A stretch of 64,000 bases of DNA from Octopus sinensis (GCF_006345805.1 NC_042999.1:153016001-153080000); one strand, 5' to 3'. Positions 50,994 through 63,708 are shown, numbered from the stretch's first letter. The notes: generated by a model not told the origin, from the sequence alone. Made by a program: numbers and translations.

Positions 50994-51055
50994 AACTATC
51001 ACTACTACTACTATCACTACTACTACTATCACTACTGCTGCTGCTACTACTACTT

Positions 51056-51089
<34 letters not shown>

Positions 51090-51151
51090 AACTATCACTA
51101 CTACTACTATCACTACTACTACTATCACTACTGCTGCTGCTACTACTACTT

Positions 51152-51203
<52 letters not shown>

Positions 51204-51347
51204 AACTATCACTACTACTACTATCACTACTACTACTATCACTACTGCTGCCGTCACTATAAATTCTGCTTCTACTACTACTACTACTACTTCTACTACT
51301 GCTGCTGCTGCTGCCACTGCTGCCACTGCTGCCACTGCTGCTACTTG

Positions 51348-51399
<52 letters not shown>

Positions 51400-51535
51400 T
51401 GCCACTACTGCTGCCACTACAGCTGCTGCTGGTGTTGCTACTGCTGCTGCCACTACTGCTGCCACTACAGCTGCTGCTGGTGTTGCTACTAGTACTTCTA
51501 CTACTGCTGCTGCTGCCGTCACTATAATTCTGCTT

Positions 51536-51621
<86 letters not shown>

Positions 51622-51742
51622 ACTACTATTACTACTGCTGTTGCTACTGCTGCTGCCACTACTGCTGCCACTACAGCTGCTGCTGGTGTTGCTACTAGTA
51701 CTTCTACTACTGCTGCTGCTGCCGTCACTATAAATTCTGCTT

Positions 51743-51790
<48 letters not shown>
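50570..51790. repeat. (TAC)n-derived array with higher-order units
   Basis: Module AACTATCAC(TAC)3TATCAC(TAC)3TATCACTAC(TGC)3 recurs about 6 times; a second module family follows after 51250. Confidence 0.95.
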
Positions 51791-51941
51791 AATGATTTCT
51801 AAGCGTGATAAAAGGAGGAAGGGAGTGGGAAGTACATTGACGTGATTCTTGGAGTTAATGAATCCGAAGTTACTAAAAATAAATAAAAATATTTCTTTCG
51901 AGGAAGCAGTACGGTTAAGATCATGCGTATGTGTTGCATTG

Positions 51942-52250
51942 ATACATACATACATACATACATACATACATACATACATACATACTACATACCTGCTACA
52001 TACAACATCATACATACATACATACATACATACATACCACATACATACATGCATGCATGCATACATACATCCATACATACATACATAATACATACATACA
52101 TGCATACATACATACATACATACATATATACATACATACAGCATACATACATACATACATACTGCACCATAATACTAAACTGCATACATACATACATACA
52201 TGCATACATACATACATACATACTACATACATGCACACATTACATACATG

Positions 52251-52282
<32 letters not shown>

Positions 52283-52446
52283 CATACATACAGCTACATA
52301 CATACATCATACATACATACATACATACATACAGCATGCATACATACATACATACATACATACATACATAATACATATATACATACATACAGCATACATA
52401 CATACAAACATACATACATACATGCATGCATACATACATACATACA

Positions 52447-52480
<34 letters not shown>

Positions 52481-52559
52481 CATACATACAATGCATACAT
52501 ACATACATACATACAATACATACATACATGCATGCAGCATACATACATACATACATACA

Positions 52560-52593
<34 letters not shown>

Positions 52594-52812
52594 CATACAT
52601 ACATGCATACATACATACATACATACATACATCAGGCACACATAATACATACATGCCTACATACATACATACATACATACAACATACATACATACATACA
52701 TACATACATACATACCATATACATCATACATGCATACATACATACATACATACATACATACATACAGACATACATACTACATGCATGCATACATACATAC
52801 ATACATACATAC

Positions 52813-52844
<32 letters not shown>

Positions 52845-52929
52845 CATACATACATGCATTCATACATACATCCATACATACTACATACATACATACATGC
52901 ATAAATTTATGCATGCATACATACATACA

Positions 52930-52963
<34 letters not shown>

Positions 52964-53278
52964 CATACATACATGCATACATACATACTACTACATACAT
53001 ACATCATACATACATACATATATACATACATACATACATACATAACATACATGCATGCATACATACATACATACATACATACATACCATACATACATACA
53101 TACATGCATACATACATACATACTACATACATACTACATACAATACATACATACATACATATATACATACATACATATACATACATACATACATACCTAC
53201 ATGCTACATACATACATATATACATACACATGCAACATACATACATACATGCATACATATCATACATACATACATACA

Positions 53279-53312
<34 letters not shown>
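51942..53312. repeat. 1.37-kb (TACA)n array
   Basis: Seen directly; source of the HTYI/MYVC ORFs. Confidence 0.97.
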
Positions 53313-53379
53313 CAGATATGAGAGAATGTCCCCTTTATGGAAGTGTGTCTTTCGTTACCAATTTTTGGCCAGGGGACGA

Positions 53380-53505
53380 AATAGATGGTTGATGACATGA
53401 AAGGCATCTATCCGTAGGGAAATTCACCGCAACAAACTCCGTCCGACCCATGCAAGCATAAAAAAGGGAGCATTAAAAGATGATGATGTTGATGATGATG
53501 ATGTG
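53380..53505 (+). mobile_element. 3' tail of an RTE-related SINE/LINE with (GAT)n tail
   Basis: GGCATCTATCCGTAG...GACCCATGCAAGCAT...ATTAAAAGATGATGATG. Confidence 0.55.
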
Positions 53506-54329
53506 GGTCGAAGGAGGAAGACTCTGAAAATCAATGCCTACGTTGTAGTTGAAATAGTCCTCAGGAGTGATGGCCAGATTTGATTTTGAACGATAATGAT
53601 GGGCTCTGTGACCATGGCGGCATGGCCCAGCCACTGAAATATATCGATTTTCTAAACGGAAATATCACCGCTTTTTGACATCCTCAGGTATTGCGTAGCT
53701 TCTTTTCTAGCATAGATGGTTTTTCCATGCTGGTTTGCGATATTATTTAATAAACACAGTATATATTATATATCTATGTTTATGCTCAACTAGTTCTTAT
53801 TTTTATCGAACCCGAAAGGAAAAGTCAACCTCGGCGGGATTTGAACTCTTCTGCCAGCTCGACGCTCTGTTTGTTTTCGTATTAATATATATTGTAGTTT
53901 TCGTCTATCTTTACGTTCTGAGTTCAAATTCCGCCGAGGTCGACCTTGCCTTTCATCCTTTCGGGGTTGCACAACATGTTCTGAGTTCTGATCCCACTGA
54001 AGTCAACTTTGCCGTTTATTTCTTTCGGTTCAATAAAAATCCCAGTCAAATACTGAGATTGACGATTAACGATGATTAATGACTTGCCCGGATCTTTCTT
54101 AAATTTTAGGCCGTGAGCCTGAGACTGATTTCTCGCAGCAGAATTTATTGAAAAGGATGTGTAAAGATACATCCAGCTTCGTGAATTTATTAATAAATGT
54201 CACTTGGAAGTGAGTCTGACACGGTAACATGTATCATGCTTTCACTAATTGGTTTGGTGCCTTTGAATTCAGGAGCGGACATAGACACCGTCTCGGCCTC
54301 ACTTAGCCAGCGGAACATCGCAGATTTAT

Positions 54330-54510
54330 TGAGACAAGGCAAAAAGACAGCACTTGCAGTCGGATGGTGCTTATCTACAGCTGAGTAAACAGGAGAAATG
54401 TGGAATAATATGCCTTGTTCAAAGACAAAACACACCACTCGGTCCAAAAATCGAACGCGAAACCTTACGATCGTGAGAACGACACGCTAACCACTGGGCC
54501 ACGCGCCTTC
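54330..54510 (-). mobile_element. tRNA/CORE-like SINE, 5' part
   Basis: Minus strand GAAGGCGCGTGGCCCAGTGGTTAGCGTG...GGTTTCGCGTTCG. Confidence 0.7.
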
Positions 54511-55434
54511 ATAATGATGGCTAGATAGCCCCATAAACGTAGCTCTTCCAGTTCTTCTCACTCCGTAGGATCTGGACAAATGTTTCTGAGTTACTGATTT
54601 TGGAGTGATCGGTTTTATATAGAATACAGTAAATAGGAATAGTTTTCTGTCAGAGCAATAAAACTGCATATCAAATGTGGATGTAATAAAAGAGTAATAA
54701 AGTATTAATATCAAATTGAATGTTTCAAAGATGAGCACCCCTCCAGCTTGATCCCTTTTCGGAGATGCTTCTCAATTCACCATCACATAATTGGATATAG
54801 GTTACATCGTATCTAATAGCTTTGACAGATACCTTTTATATATGGATAATTTGAAACCGTGTGCCAGAAATAATATTCACTTCTTGGTTTTATCAAGAAC
54901 AACAAAGAAAGTTAGCGATGACAAGCGAATTGAATTTGTCATGAAAAAGTGTAGCGAATAAAATTTTAAGGGATGAAAACCTGTCAACACAGAACCCTGG
55001 AAAAGTAATATAAGGGAACGAGATAAAAGAGAAATGAATACGAATTTTCGCATTAATAATGAAATAGGATTCAACGTGAACCAACTAAAGAGAATATTCG
55101 CCAAGAGTTTTACTGGAGATTGCTAGTGACAAACAGAAACGGTTAAAATGCAAAATATGTATTGTAGCTATATCGTCGTCAAAGATGACACAATCGAAAC
55201 CTGTTCATAAGTAAATATCAAAGAGATTATATTCTTCTAAAAAGCTAGGAAATGTGTGGAAATATTTTACGGACAAGCCAAATGGGAAATATTGAGAATA
55301 CAAGGAGCGGAATCTGAAATATTTTCGATTAAATGAAAGTGTGAGCGTTTGAGAGCCTGAAAAGGTTGAAATCATGACTTTAAAGTCCTTTAACCAGAAT
55401 GGTTGTATTCAATAGGATTTTTAATGGTCATGTA

Positions 55435-55582
55435 ATGAAGGAGGAGGAGGAGGAGGAGAAGGAGAAGAAGAAGAAGAAGAAGAAGAAGAAGAAGAAGAAG
55501 AAGAAGAAGAAGAAGAAGAAGAAGAAGAAGAAGAAGAAGAAGAAGAAGAAGAAGAAGAAGAAGAAGAAGAAGAAGAAGAAGA
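55435..55582. repeat. (GAG)n(GAA)n microsatellite, nearly pure
   Basis: Seen directly. Confidence 0.97.
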
Positions 55583-55914
55583 ACTGTGTCCGGAAAGATT
55601 TATAGAGGGATGAAGACTTGTGGTGGGAAGACAGTGTGGAACATTGTAGAAAGGAAACAGATTATGATGGAGAAGCTGAGAGACAAGAGAGCGACCAAGT
55701 GTTAGTGTGATGGCAACAGCGAAAGGTAAGACTGCGTCTGTGAGCCAAACGTTGGACGATTTTGCTGCCAGATTGTAACAAGTGGCGAAATTACGCAAAC
55801 AAACACACACACACACACACACACACACATAAATATATAACTATACATATATAAATATGCACATCACACCACACGCACAAGCGCGTGCGAGCGCACACAC
55901 ATAAACACATGTAT

Positions 55915-55994
<80 letters not shown>

Positions 55995-57882
55995 ACATCA
56001 TCATCATCATAACTTAAGAGATGCGTCATAAACACACCGATTCTATGTTGCTTCACTGGAACATAACCTTTAGCAAATCTAACATTAAAACTTTGGACTA
56101 TACAAATATTTATAAAGGAATGACGTAAGGAACACAACTCACTTCATATTCTAAACTTTATATTCATCAAAGAAACTCAGAGATGGAATTAGAAAAGGGG
56201 TTGGCCAAAATGAAGGGGTTAATACGAGTTAAATTGGACCCGAAAATGTTTTATAGTTATCAGAAAGCTGTGTTGTATTGGACAAAGACCGAACGGAAAG
56301 AATGGAAGAATTGTTTCCTAGAAGTATAATGAAATCAGGAGTGTACGTCCGTTATGAGAGTCTGCCGAATGTTGTTGAACAGGAAGAATTGATGGAGTTT
56401 TTAACAGATGATAAATTTTTAAAAAATATTATAAACTGTATAAATGAACAGTAAAATGAAACTGCGAGCTTTGGGAGGCTCGTGTGCCATTCCATTCTAT
56501 TCATTATAAATATTCCATTTCATATTTATCCTTCGTTATATGTACCCCATGCTTTGTGTTGTCCGTCCTTGTTATGTCTATTCTTTGTTCAGGCTAGATG
56601 CCTATAATAAAGATTAAACGCATTGTCGAGAAGCAAAAATCCCACATCGGAGAAAAATATCACAACTTCGCTATTATTGTCTTTCATAAAATACGGACTC
56701 CGTCGAACTTGTGAAGTTTAGGAAAACATTTGTCGAAACAGACCGTCATATGTTTGCTCAAAATTGGGTTTTATTTACAATTGTAGCAGATTCGAAACCG
56801 AATCGTTGAAATAGCCGAGTAAACGTCACGGCTTAGCCATAGCCATTTCACGTGATCGGCCGACTAACTGACCAGTCAGCATGAAGCCATCACGTGATTC
56901 GAACTTCTCTATAACCTTATAACAAGGCTTATAAATTGGCGAACTTTTGGTACTAACCGTCAGAGTGTGGAACCTGTTGCGGTGACATTCTCGTCTTCAT
57001 CCTCCAGCCGAGGATGATTCAGATTCAGCATGCGAAACAGTTTTAAATACTTTATCTTCACATTTCTGTTCTTTAACCGAGCAGACAGAGGATGCAGATT
57101 TATCATGAAAAATCTAGCATGATATTTCTCCAGTGGCTACAGCGTAACCACAGATCTATTCGAACCAACTAGTTTGTTATATCTACAGAGTTAGTCTCAC
57201 CCAATATCTAAAACTTGTTGTCTGTATTTTCCATTCAAAGACGGTCATAGAAGATTCTATGAGCAGGAAATAAAGCTTCGGTTAACTGTTCACGAGGTGT
57301 TCTTCGTTCATCATAGACACGCGGCCTGTGACCAAACACAGCAACCAGAGAATAAATAACCAGAACGTCGTAACACTACAAATTATACACATTTGCTTCA
57401 CATCAAATTTATCTATTTGCACAGTGGCTCCTATCAATACCGATGTGCAAACATTCCTGTCACTTAAAAATTCTTAATGATGGTCAGTGACATACAAAGC
57501 TTGCAAGGCCTTCCATAAAATATTTCATTATCTTTGACCAATCTGTTGAGCTATATTCTTCTCTGGATCCCGCTTTTCTGACTTTCAGTAAATCCTTTCT
57601 TTTCAGTGTTTGCCCTTTTATTGTCCCCTGTTCTCCTTTTCCAGATGTTTTCTCACTTGAACGTTTATGTTACTGTTTTTCTCTCTCATTCTTTCTCAAA
57701 ACATAACCTATGCGTAACCATCATCATTTTTTCTCCAATGCCTAATGCTTTAATAGACTGTTTAAACGTAAGAGGAAACATCTGGTGTGCGCTGATGGTC
57801 AGTTATACCAAGGGAGATAATCATGACGAGATTAGAAGTTTGATTTTAATGTGGGGAACAAGGAAGAAAATGCATAGAATTT

Positions 57883-58232
57883 ATAGGCGTAGCTGTGAAA
57901 TAAGAAATGTGCTTCTAAATCACAAGGTTCCGAGTTCAGTTTCATTACATAGCACCTTGGGCAAATATCTTCTAGTATAGTCTTAGGTCGACCAAATCCT
58001 TATGAATAGAGTTTGTTGACGGAAACTGAAAGAAGCCCGCCATTGTTCTCTACTTCCGTTTGACAACCGGTGTTGGATTGTTTACATCTCCGCTACATAG
58101 CTGTTCCACAAAAAACATAAATGGGCGTAAAAGAAAATCAAAAATCATAAGTACTGGGGTCAATTTGTCCGACTGAGCCCACCAAAGGGGTAACCCAATA
58201 TCGCTGCAACTAAAACACTTCTAGGATAAAAA
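57883..58232 (+). mobile_element. SINE family C, diverged
   Basis: Colinear with family C. Confidence 0.72.
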
Positions 58233-58283
58233 ATAAAACGCACATACATAAACATGGATACATATATACATACACACGCATAT

Positions 58284-59176
58284 ATGGTACGGAAGTCATA
58301 AATTCCAGACCACATTGTATCCTAGGCCATTCTGACTAACATAATTGTCTCTTTTCCCAGTATAAAAACTAAACCCACAACAGTACTCAGTATTTGCTTT
58401 CCGGGCATATACTGTCAGAAGCGTACCCTTCCTTTATACACCACCATACATTCATGGAACGGATAAATATCTGTCACGGTTGCTACGTGTTTTATATGCA
58501 TTTTGAATGCTGTCGATGAGGGGTCTTATTTTTAAAAAAAGGGATCAAAGTTTGGTTCTCTACGTACTGGAGTACTGCTAGTGTCTCTCACATGCAATTA
58601 CTGGTTCAATTTCACGAATCCTATTCGTGACATAATACTGGAAACGTACTGATCTCCAAAAGGTTCCTGATTGCTCCAGTAATTTGTAATCCAGGATAAT
58701 TGTCTTATACCTATAATAATAATTATGGTAAAAAAAATGCCCGTATATATTCTACTGTTGTGGGAAACCACAAGTTATCTTTCTTTTCAATTTGTTTATA
58801 TTCTTCAGCAACGGTTTCTTTCAGTGATGGCTTCAAACAACCTTACTGGAAAAAAATAGGAAAAAAAATGTCTAACGGTTTCACTTCCTGAGCAAGCCTA
58901 TGAGTAGGTCCTGTTCCCTCAGAAAAATTCTTAATAAAAATATTTTAAAAACTTTTTACTCCATTCTGGTGTAAAATCGTCCTCGCTTTCGCTATTGCTT
59001 TCAGTTTCAGAATCGCTGCTTTCAGTTTCGGATACAGAAATATCCTATTCATTCTCAAACACCACGTGCTCTTGTACTTCACTCATTCTTTTTTTTTTTT
59101 TTGATATCTCGATATTTTCCGTTGAAAACCCCTTAAATTCGGAATCACTGCTTGTTAGCATGCAACTCCTATCCAT
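58284..59176 (-). mobile_element. piggyBac-family transposase relic
   Basis: Acidic N-terminus, then IIIGIRQL..I.NYWS....FG...VSSIMSR.GF..L...LH.RD...P.R.EPNFDPFF/KIRPLID...YLSV(D)ECMVVYKGRVRF*QYMPGK...FYTGK...GLGY.VV, across stops and frameshifts (DDE_Tnp_1_7-like motifs). Confidence 0.88.
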
Positions 59177-60250
59177 TTTCAAATTTGAAAAAAATCGACG
59201 TAGAAAGAATGTGGAACAAAATCTCCTAAAATTCACTGAATTCAGATATCATGTCAAACAATGTATACAGAATAATACGTCTTCGCGCGAAGCGGTGGAG
59301 CTGTAGCGATGGCATCGGATTCGTCATCCTGGGTGCCTTCCCAATCGTTGCTGCCGCTACGGCGGGCAACCCGTCTCACGTTGGTGTGCGGTCGCGCTTT
59401 CGTCCAACCGACGGAGTGCAACGGACAGAGAGACGGTTGGAAGAAAGGAAGAAGGAAAAAGAAAAGGATCGACATGGGTCGCACAGCAGAAGAAAAGAAG
59501 ACGAAAGGAAGAGAAAGATTCGAGTTTTTTTTTGTGGACTGAGAGGCTGGTTTATTAGAGACCCCTCCATAAGGTCAATTTTTTTATTGGACCAGGAAGA
59601 TGTAGTGAGGTTATAGGGCCTTACTTCGGTTGAGAATAAAACTAATAAATTATGTCCTATTGCTATAGTATACAGTTTTCAAAGTGACACAGAGTTGATA
59701 ATCTAATAAAAGTGACAACTGCATATTCGGACGTTGAATTCAGCAATGCCACCTAGCCGAGCAGTTACTCTGTGTTGGTAAAGAGCAAAACTCAGAAACC
59801 GGTCCACAGATGTTGTTTTGTGCTGGATGTGAGTGCTGGACTCCTTGTTTCCAAAAATAAGGACACAGATATTGTGTAGTAAAGCCAGCTGTAAACGATG
59901 TATCCTGGGGCTAAATAATAATAATATCGTCCCTTCTTGGACAGCCACATAATGTTGGCAAATAGTCTTTATTTCAAAGAACTGTTACTGAATGTCTCTC
60001 TTTGAGAGATTTAGAAATAAAATTATTTCTATTTTATTAGGATAGTGTCTGTGTGTCACTTTGAAAATTATATATTCGAACGGTGAATTCAGCAACGTCA
60101 CCTAGCCAAACGACTACTCTGAGTTGATAAAGCGCAATAACCCCGAAACCAATCCACAGATGCTGTTTTGCGCTGGATGAGAGTGCTGACTCCCAGTTTT
60201 AAAATGTCGGGCACACACAAACAAACATATATATATACATATATATATAT

Positions 60251-60295
<45 letters not shown>

Positions 60296-60910
60296 TGTTT
60301 GTTGTGTGTGCCCGGACATTTGTCCATTTTGTCTAAAGTCGTAAGACACCCGCTGTTATCATGTTTTTAACCATTATGTTTTCAATTTTGTTCTGTTTCT
60401 TGTATTTATATTCGTCTCTGTTGAGTTTACATTCTTCCTTCTACCAAGAAATCTAATGCTCACAGCTTAGTTTTTTCCTTGGGGCTGGCCGAGTTGGAGC
60501 AAATATCAGAATTAATCAGCCGAAATTTGCCATGATGATTCGGTTTCTGACTGAAGATTGAAGCTTCGGATGACTTGTCTGTTTTCCGTGTTCGCCCTTT
60601 GGGTATTTCACGTTCTTATATAAATATTTTCATTCCGCCTATATATATATATATTATATATATATTATATATATACTCATACGTACGCACACACACATAC
60701 ATATATATGTACGTACGTACACACATGCACATATTTATATACATACATACGTCTAAGTGTATATATGTATATAAACATATATATAAATATACATGCATAT
60801 ACATATGTATATACATATACATATATATATATATATATAATGTGACCTCGTGTGTACCGTTGGCGATTTTTTTCTCCGTCTTCCCTTCTTTGGATCTTTC
60901 CTTCTCCTAT

Positions 60911-60945
60911 GTTTCCGACGAAGAGCTCCGCTCGAAACGTTAAAC
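60911..60945 (+). ncRNA. minimal hammerhead-like motif (core U4->C)
   Basis: GTTT-CCGACGA-A-GAGC-TCC-GCTC-GAAA-CG-TT-AAAC. Confidence 0.6.
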
Positions 60946-61111
60946 TCTCCTTCTTTCCTGAGCGTCCAATAATACTATATTTGTTCCACGTCCTCGCGTT
61001 GTTGTGTTTTTTTTTGTGCTTTCTTGCTTGGATTAACTATATATATAATATTTATATATAACGATGAAAGTAAACAAAGTTTGTTTTAGAAGTCGTTGAG
61101 ATGTATTGAAA

Positions 61112-61500
61112 GACACAGAAATATGTTTTTAATTCTCAATATAATAAATAGCGTGATCAGGATAAATTATCCAAATATTGCAGAAAAATACCTTACCGGC
61201 CAGACATGAGACTCGAAATCTCATCCCTATGATTACGCGTCAAGTGCTTCACCATTAAACTAAACAGCCCAGTAACCAATTCTTCTGCAATTTTAGAACA
61301 TATAAATCTAGCTTCATAAGACGCTAACGTTAAATTCAACGATGAAAGTAAACTTGACGCGTAATCACAGGGATGGGATCTCGAGTCTCATGGTTGGCCG
61401 TTAACGTATTTTTCTGCAATGTATGGCTAATTTATCCTGATCACTTTATTTATTAGCATTATCACCGCGTTTGAGAAGAAAAAATATTATTTCTGTATCG
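61112..61500. repeat. inverted repeat containing two divergent tRNA-Thr(CGT)-like sequences
   Basis: 92-bp core arms 61153-61244 and 61353-61444, roughly 85-90% identical; each arm carries CTTGA-CGCGTAA-TCA and a T-arm ending TCGAGTCTCAT. Confidence 0.85.
61198..61270 (-). pseudogene. tRNA-Thr(CGT)-like pseudogene or SINE head
   Basis: A-box TAGTTTAATGGT, loop CG-CGT-AA, T-arm ATGAGA/TCTCAT; acceptor and anticodon stems are mismatched. Confidence 0.55.
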
Positions 61501-61528
61501 TTCAATATATATATATATATTATATATA

Positions 61529-61560
<32 letters not shown>

Positions 61561-61564
61561 GGAA

Positions 61565-61941
61565 GCACTTCGTCGTGTTACGACGACGAGGGTTCCGGTT
61601 GATCCGAATCAACGGAACAGTCTGCTCGTGAAATTAACATGTAAGTGGCTGAGCATTCTACAGACACGTGTACCCTTAAGTAGTTCTCGGGGATATTCAG
61701 CGTGACACAGAGAGTGACAAGCCGGCCCTTTGAAATACAGGTACAACAGAAACAGGAAGTAAGAGTGAGAGAAAGTGTGGTGAAAGAGTACAGCAGGGAT
61801 CACCACCATCCCTGCCGGAGCCTCATGGAGCTTTAGGTGTTTTCGCTCAATAAACACTTACAACGCCCGGTCTGGGAATCGAAACCGCGATCCTACGACC
61901 GCGAGTCCGCTGCCCTAAAACCACTGGGCCATTGCGCCTCC
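61565..61941 (-). mobile_element. SINE family A2
   Basis: Near-identical to 5501-5879. Confidence 0.92.
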
Positions 61942-61945
61942 ATAT

Positions 61946-62006
<61 letters not shown>

Positions 62007-62191
62007 ATAGATTATATATATATATCATATATATATACATATATATATATATATATTATATATATATATATACATATATACATATATATATATACATATA
62101 TATTATATATATATATATATATATAACACACATATATATATATATATATACTATATATATAGATACACATATATTATATACAATATATAAC

Positions 62192-62241
<50 letters not shown>

Positions 62242-62308
62242 TGATTCGTTAGCTACTGCACGCATTTTTTTTTCTCTCCTTCTTTCTATGTTTTTCTCTC
62301 TCTGTGTA

Positions 62309-62345
62309 TCTTTCTGTTGAGAGCGTAGGCTCGAAACGTTAAAGA
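62309..62345 (+). ncRNA. minimal hammerhead-like motif (core A6->U)
   Basis: TCTTT-CTGTTGA-GAGC-GTAG-GCTC-GAAA-CG-TT-AAAGA, within a TA-flanked ~180-bp repeat (62262-62440). Confidence 0.6.
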
Positions 62346-62472
62346 CTTGTTTTATTTATATTTCCTGAGCGCCATACTAATACAATTGTTCGTTTGTTTT
62401 CCCCTTCCTTCGTCTTTTGTTTATTTCATAAAGCTTCCCGTTATATATATATATATATACATATAATATAAA

Positions 62473-62522
<50 letters not shown>

Positions 62523-62530
62523 TATAATAA

Positions 62531-62561
<31 letters not shown>

Positions 62562-62565
62562 CAGA

Positions 62566-62625
<60 letters not shown>

Positions 62626-62845
62626 CTATATATATTATATATATATACATATACACATATCATATATATATATATGTATATAGATGGTGTCGGCTCTCCT
62701 GTTACGTCTATAGTCGCCTGGGGCTAAATGCATCAGTAACACCCCCACCACCCCGCCCTGTCCCTAGCCACATTCAGATGGCTGGTCCCGCTTATATTAC
62801 AGAGCAGTTACTGTTTTATAACCTCGCTTAGAGATTTATTATTGT

Positions 62846-62882
<37 letters not shown>

Positions 62883-63284
62883 TATATATATATGTACATA
62901 CCTGATATGATGTGATGATTTGAACGAACTAAGTGATGCTTAAGCAGGAACATTCTGACGGGAGAGTTACGTCATAATCACACGCTACGTCATTGGCACA
63001 TAATCTGCAATTTATCATTCCAATATTAGAATACGTCAATTACCATAATTGAATGATGTAATAGGATTAAGCAACACAGCACACTCCATCTTGTAAGCAT
63101 TATATTCGGCGAAGAAACCTAAAGCAATCTTGTGAGGCAATTGAAGTCGATGGACACAGCAGAAAAAATGGCGCGAAGTGAATTAATTGATAATAAGCAA
63201 TAATATAATATATTAATAAATCAACAGCGATGTATTTGGGTGTTTACATGCTTGTATACTAATTAAGGATAATAGGAAATTTAT

Positions 63285-63375
<91 letters not shown>

Positions 63376-63425
63376 CTATCTATCTATCTATCTATCTAGC
63401 TATCTATCTATCTATCTATCTATCT
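63285..63425. repeat. (TATC)n microsatellite
   Basis: Seen directly; another copy at 47857-47940. Confidence 0.96.
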
Positions 63426-63432
63426 ATATATA

Positions 63433-63488
<56 letters not shown>

Positions 63489-63670
63489 CATACTATATGG
63501 GTGCGTTTGTATGCTCATATATATATATGTAATACTAGATATAAACACATGTATGTATACACACATACTCAGATACATACACATCCGATGTACATAGAAT
63601 ATATGTAACACACACACATATATGTAATATATACATATACATATAATATACATACACACATACACCACAC

Positions 63671-63708
<38 letters not shown>

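Noticed and set aside
50471-53400. Longest ORFs in the track (220-340 aa; poly-Y/L/T/S, HTYI, MYVC)
   Set aside because: Pure translations of (TAC)n and (TACA)n repeats, open in several frames on both strands, with no unique domain.
60545-60575. Hammerhead at CTGAAGA (also 48278, 3921, 30611, 18015, 23470, 44553)
   Set aside because: The first core box is present but there is no correctly placed GAAA with pairing stems.
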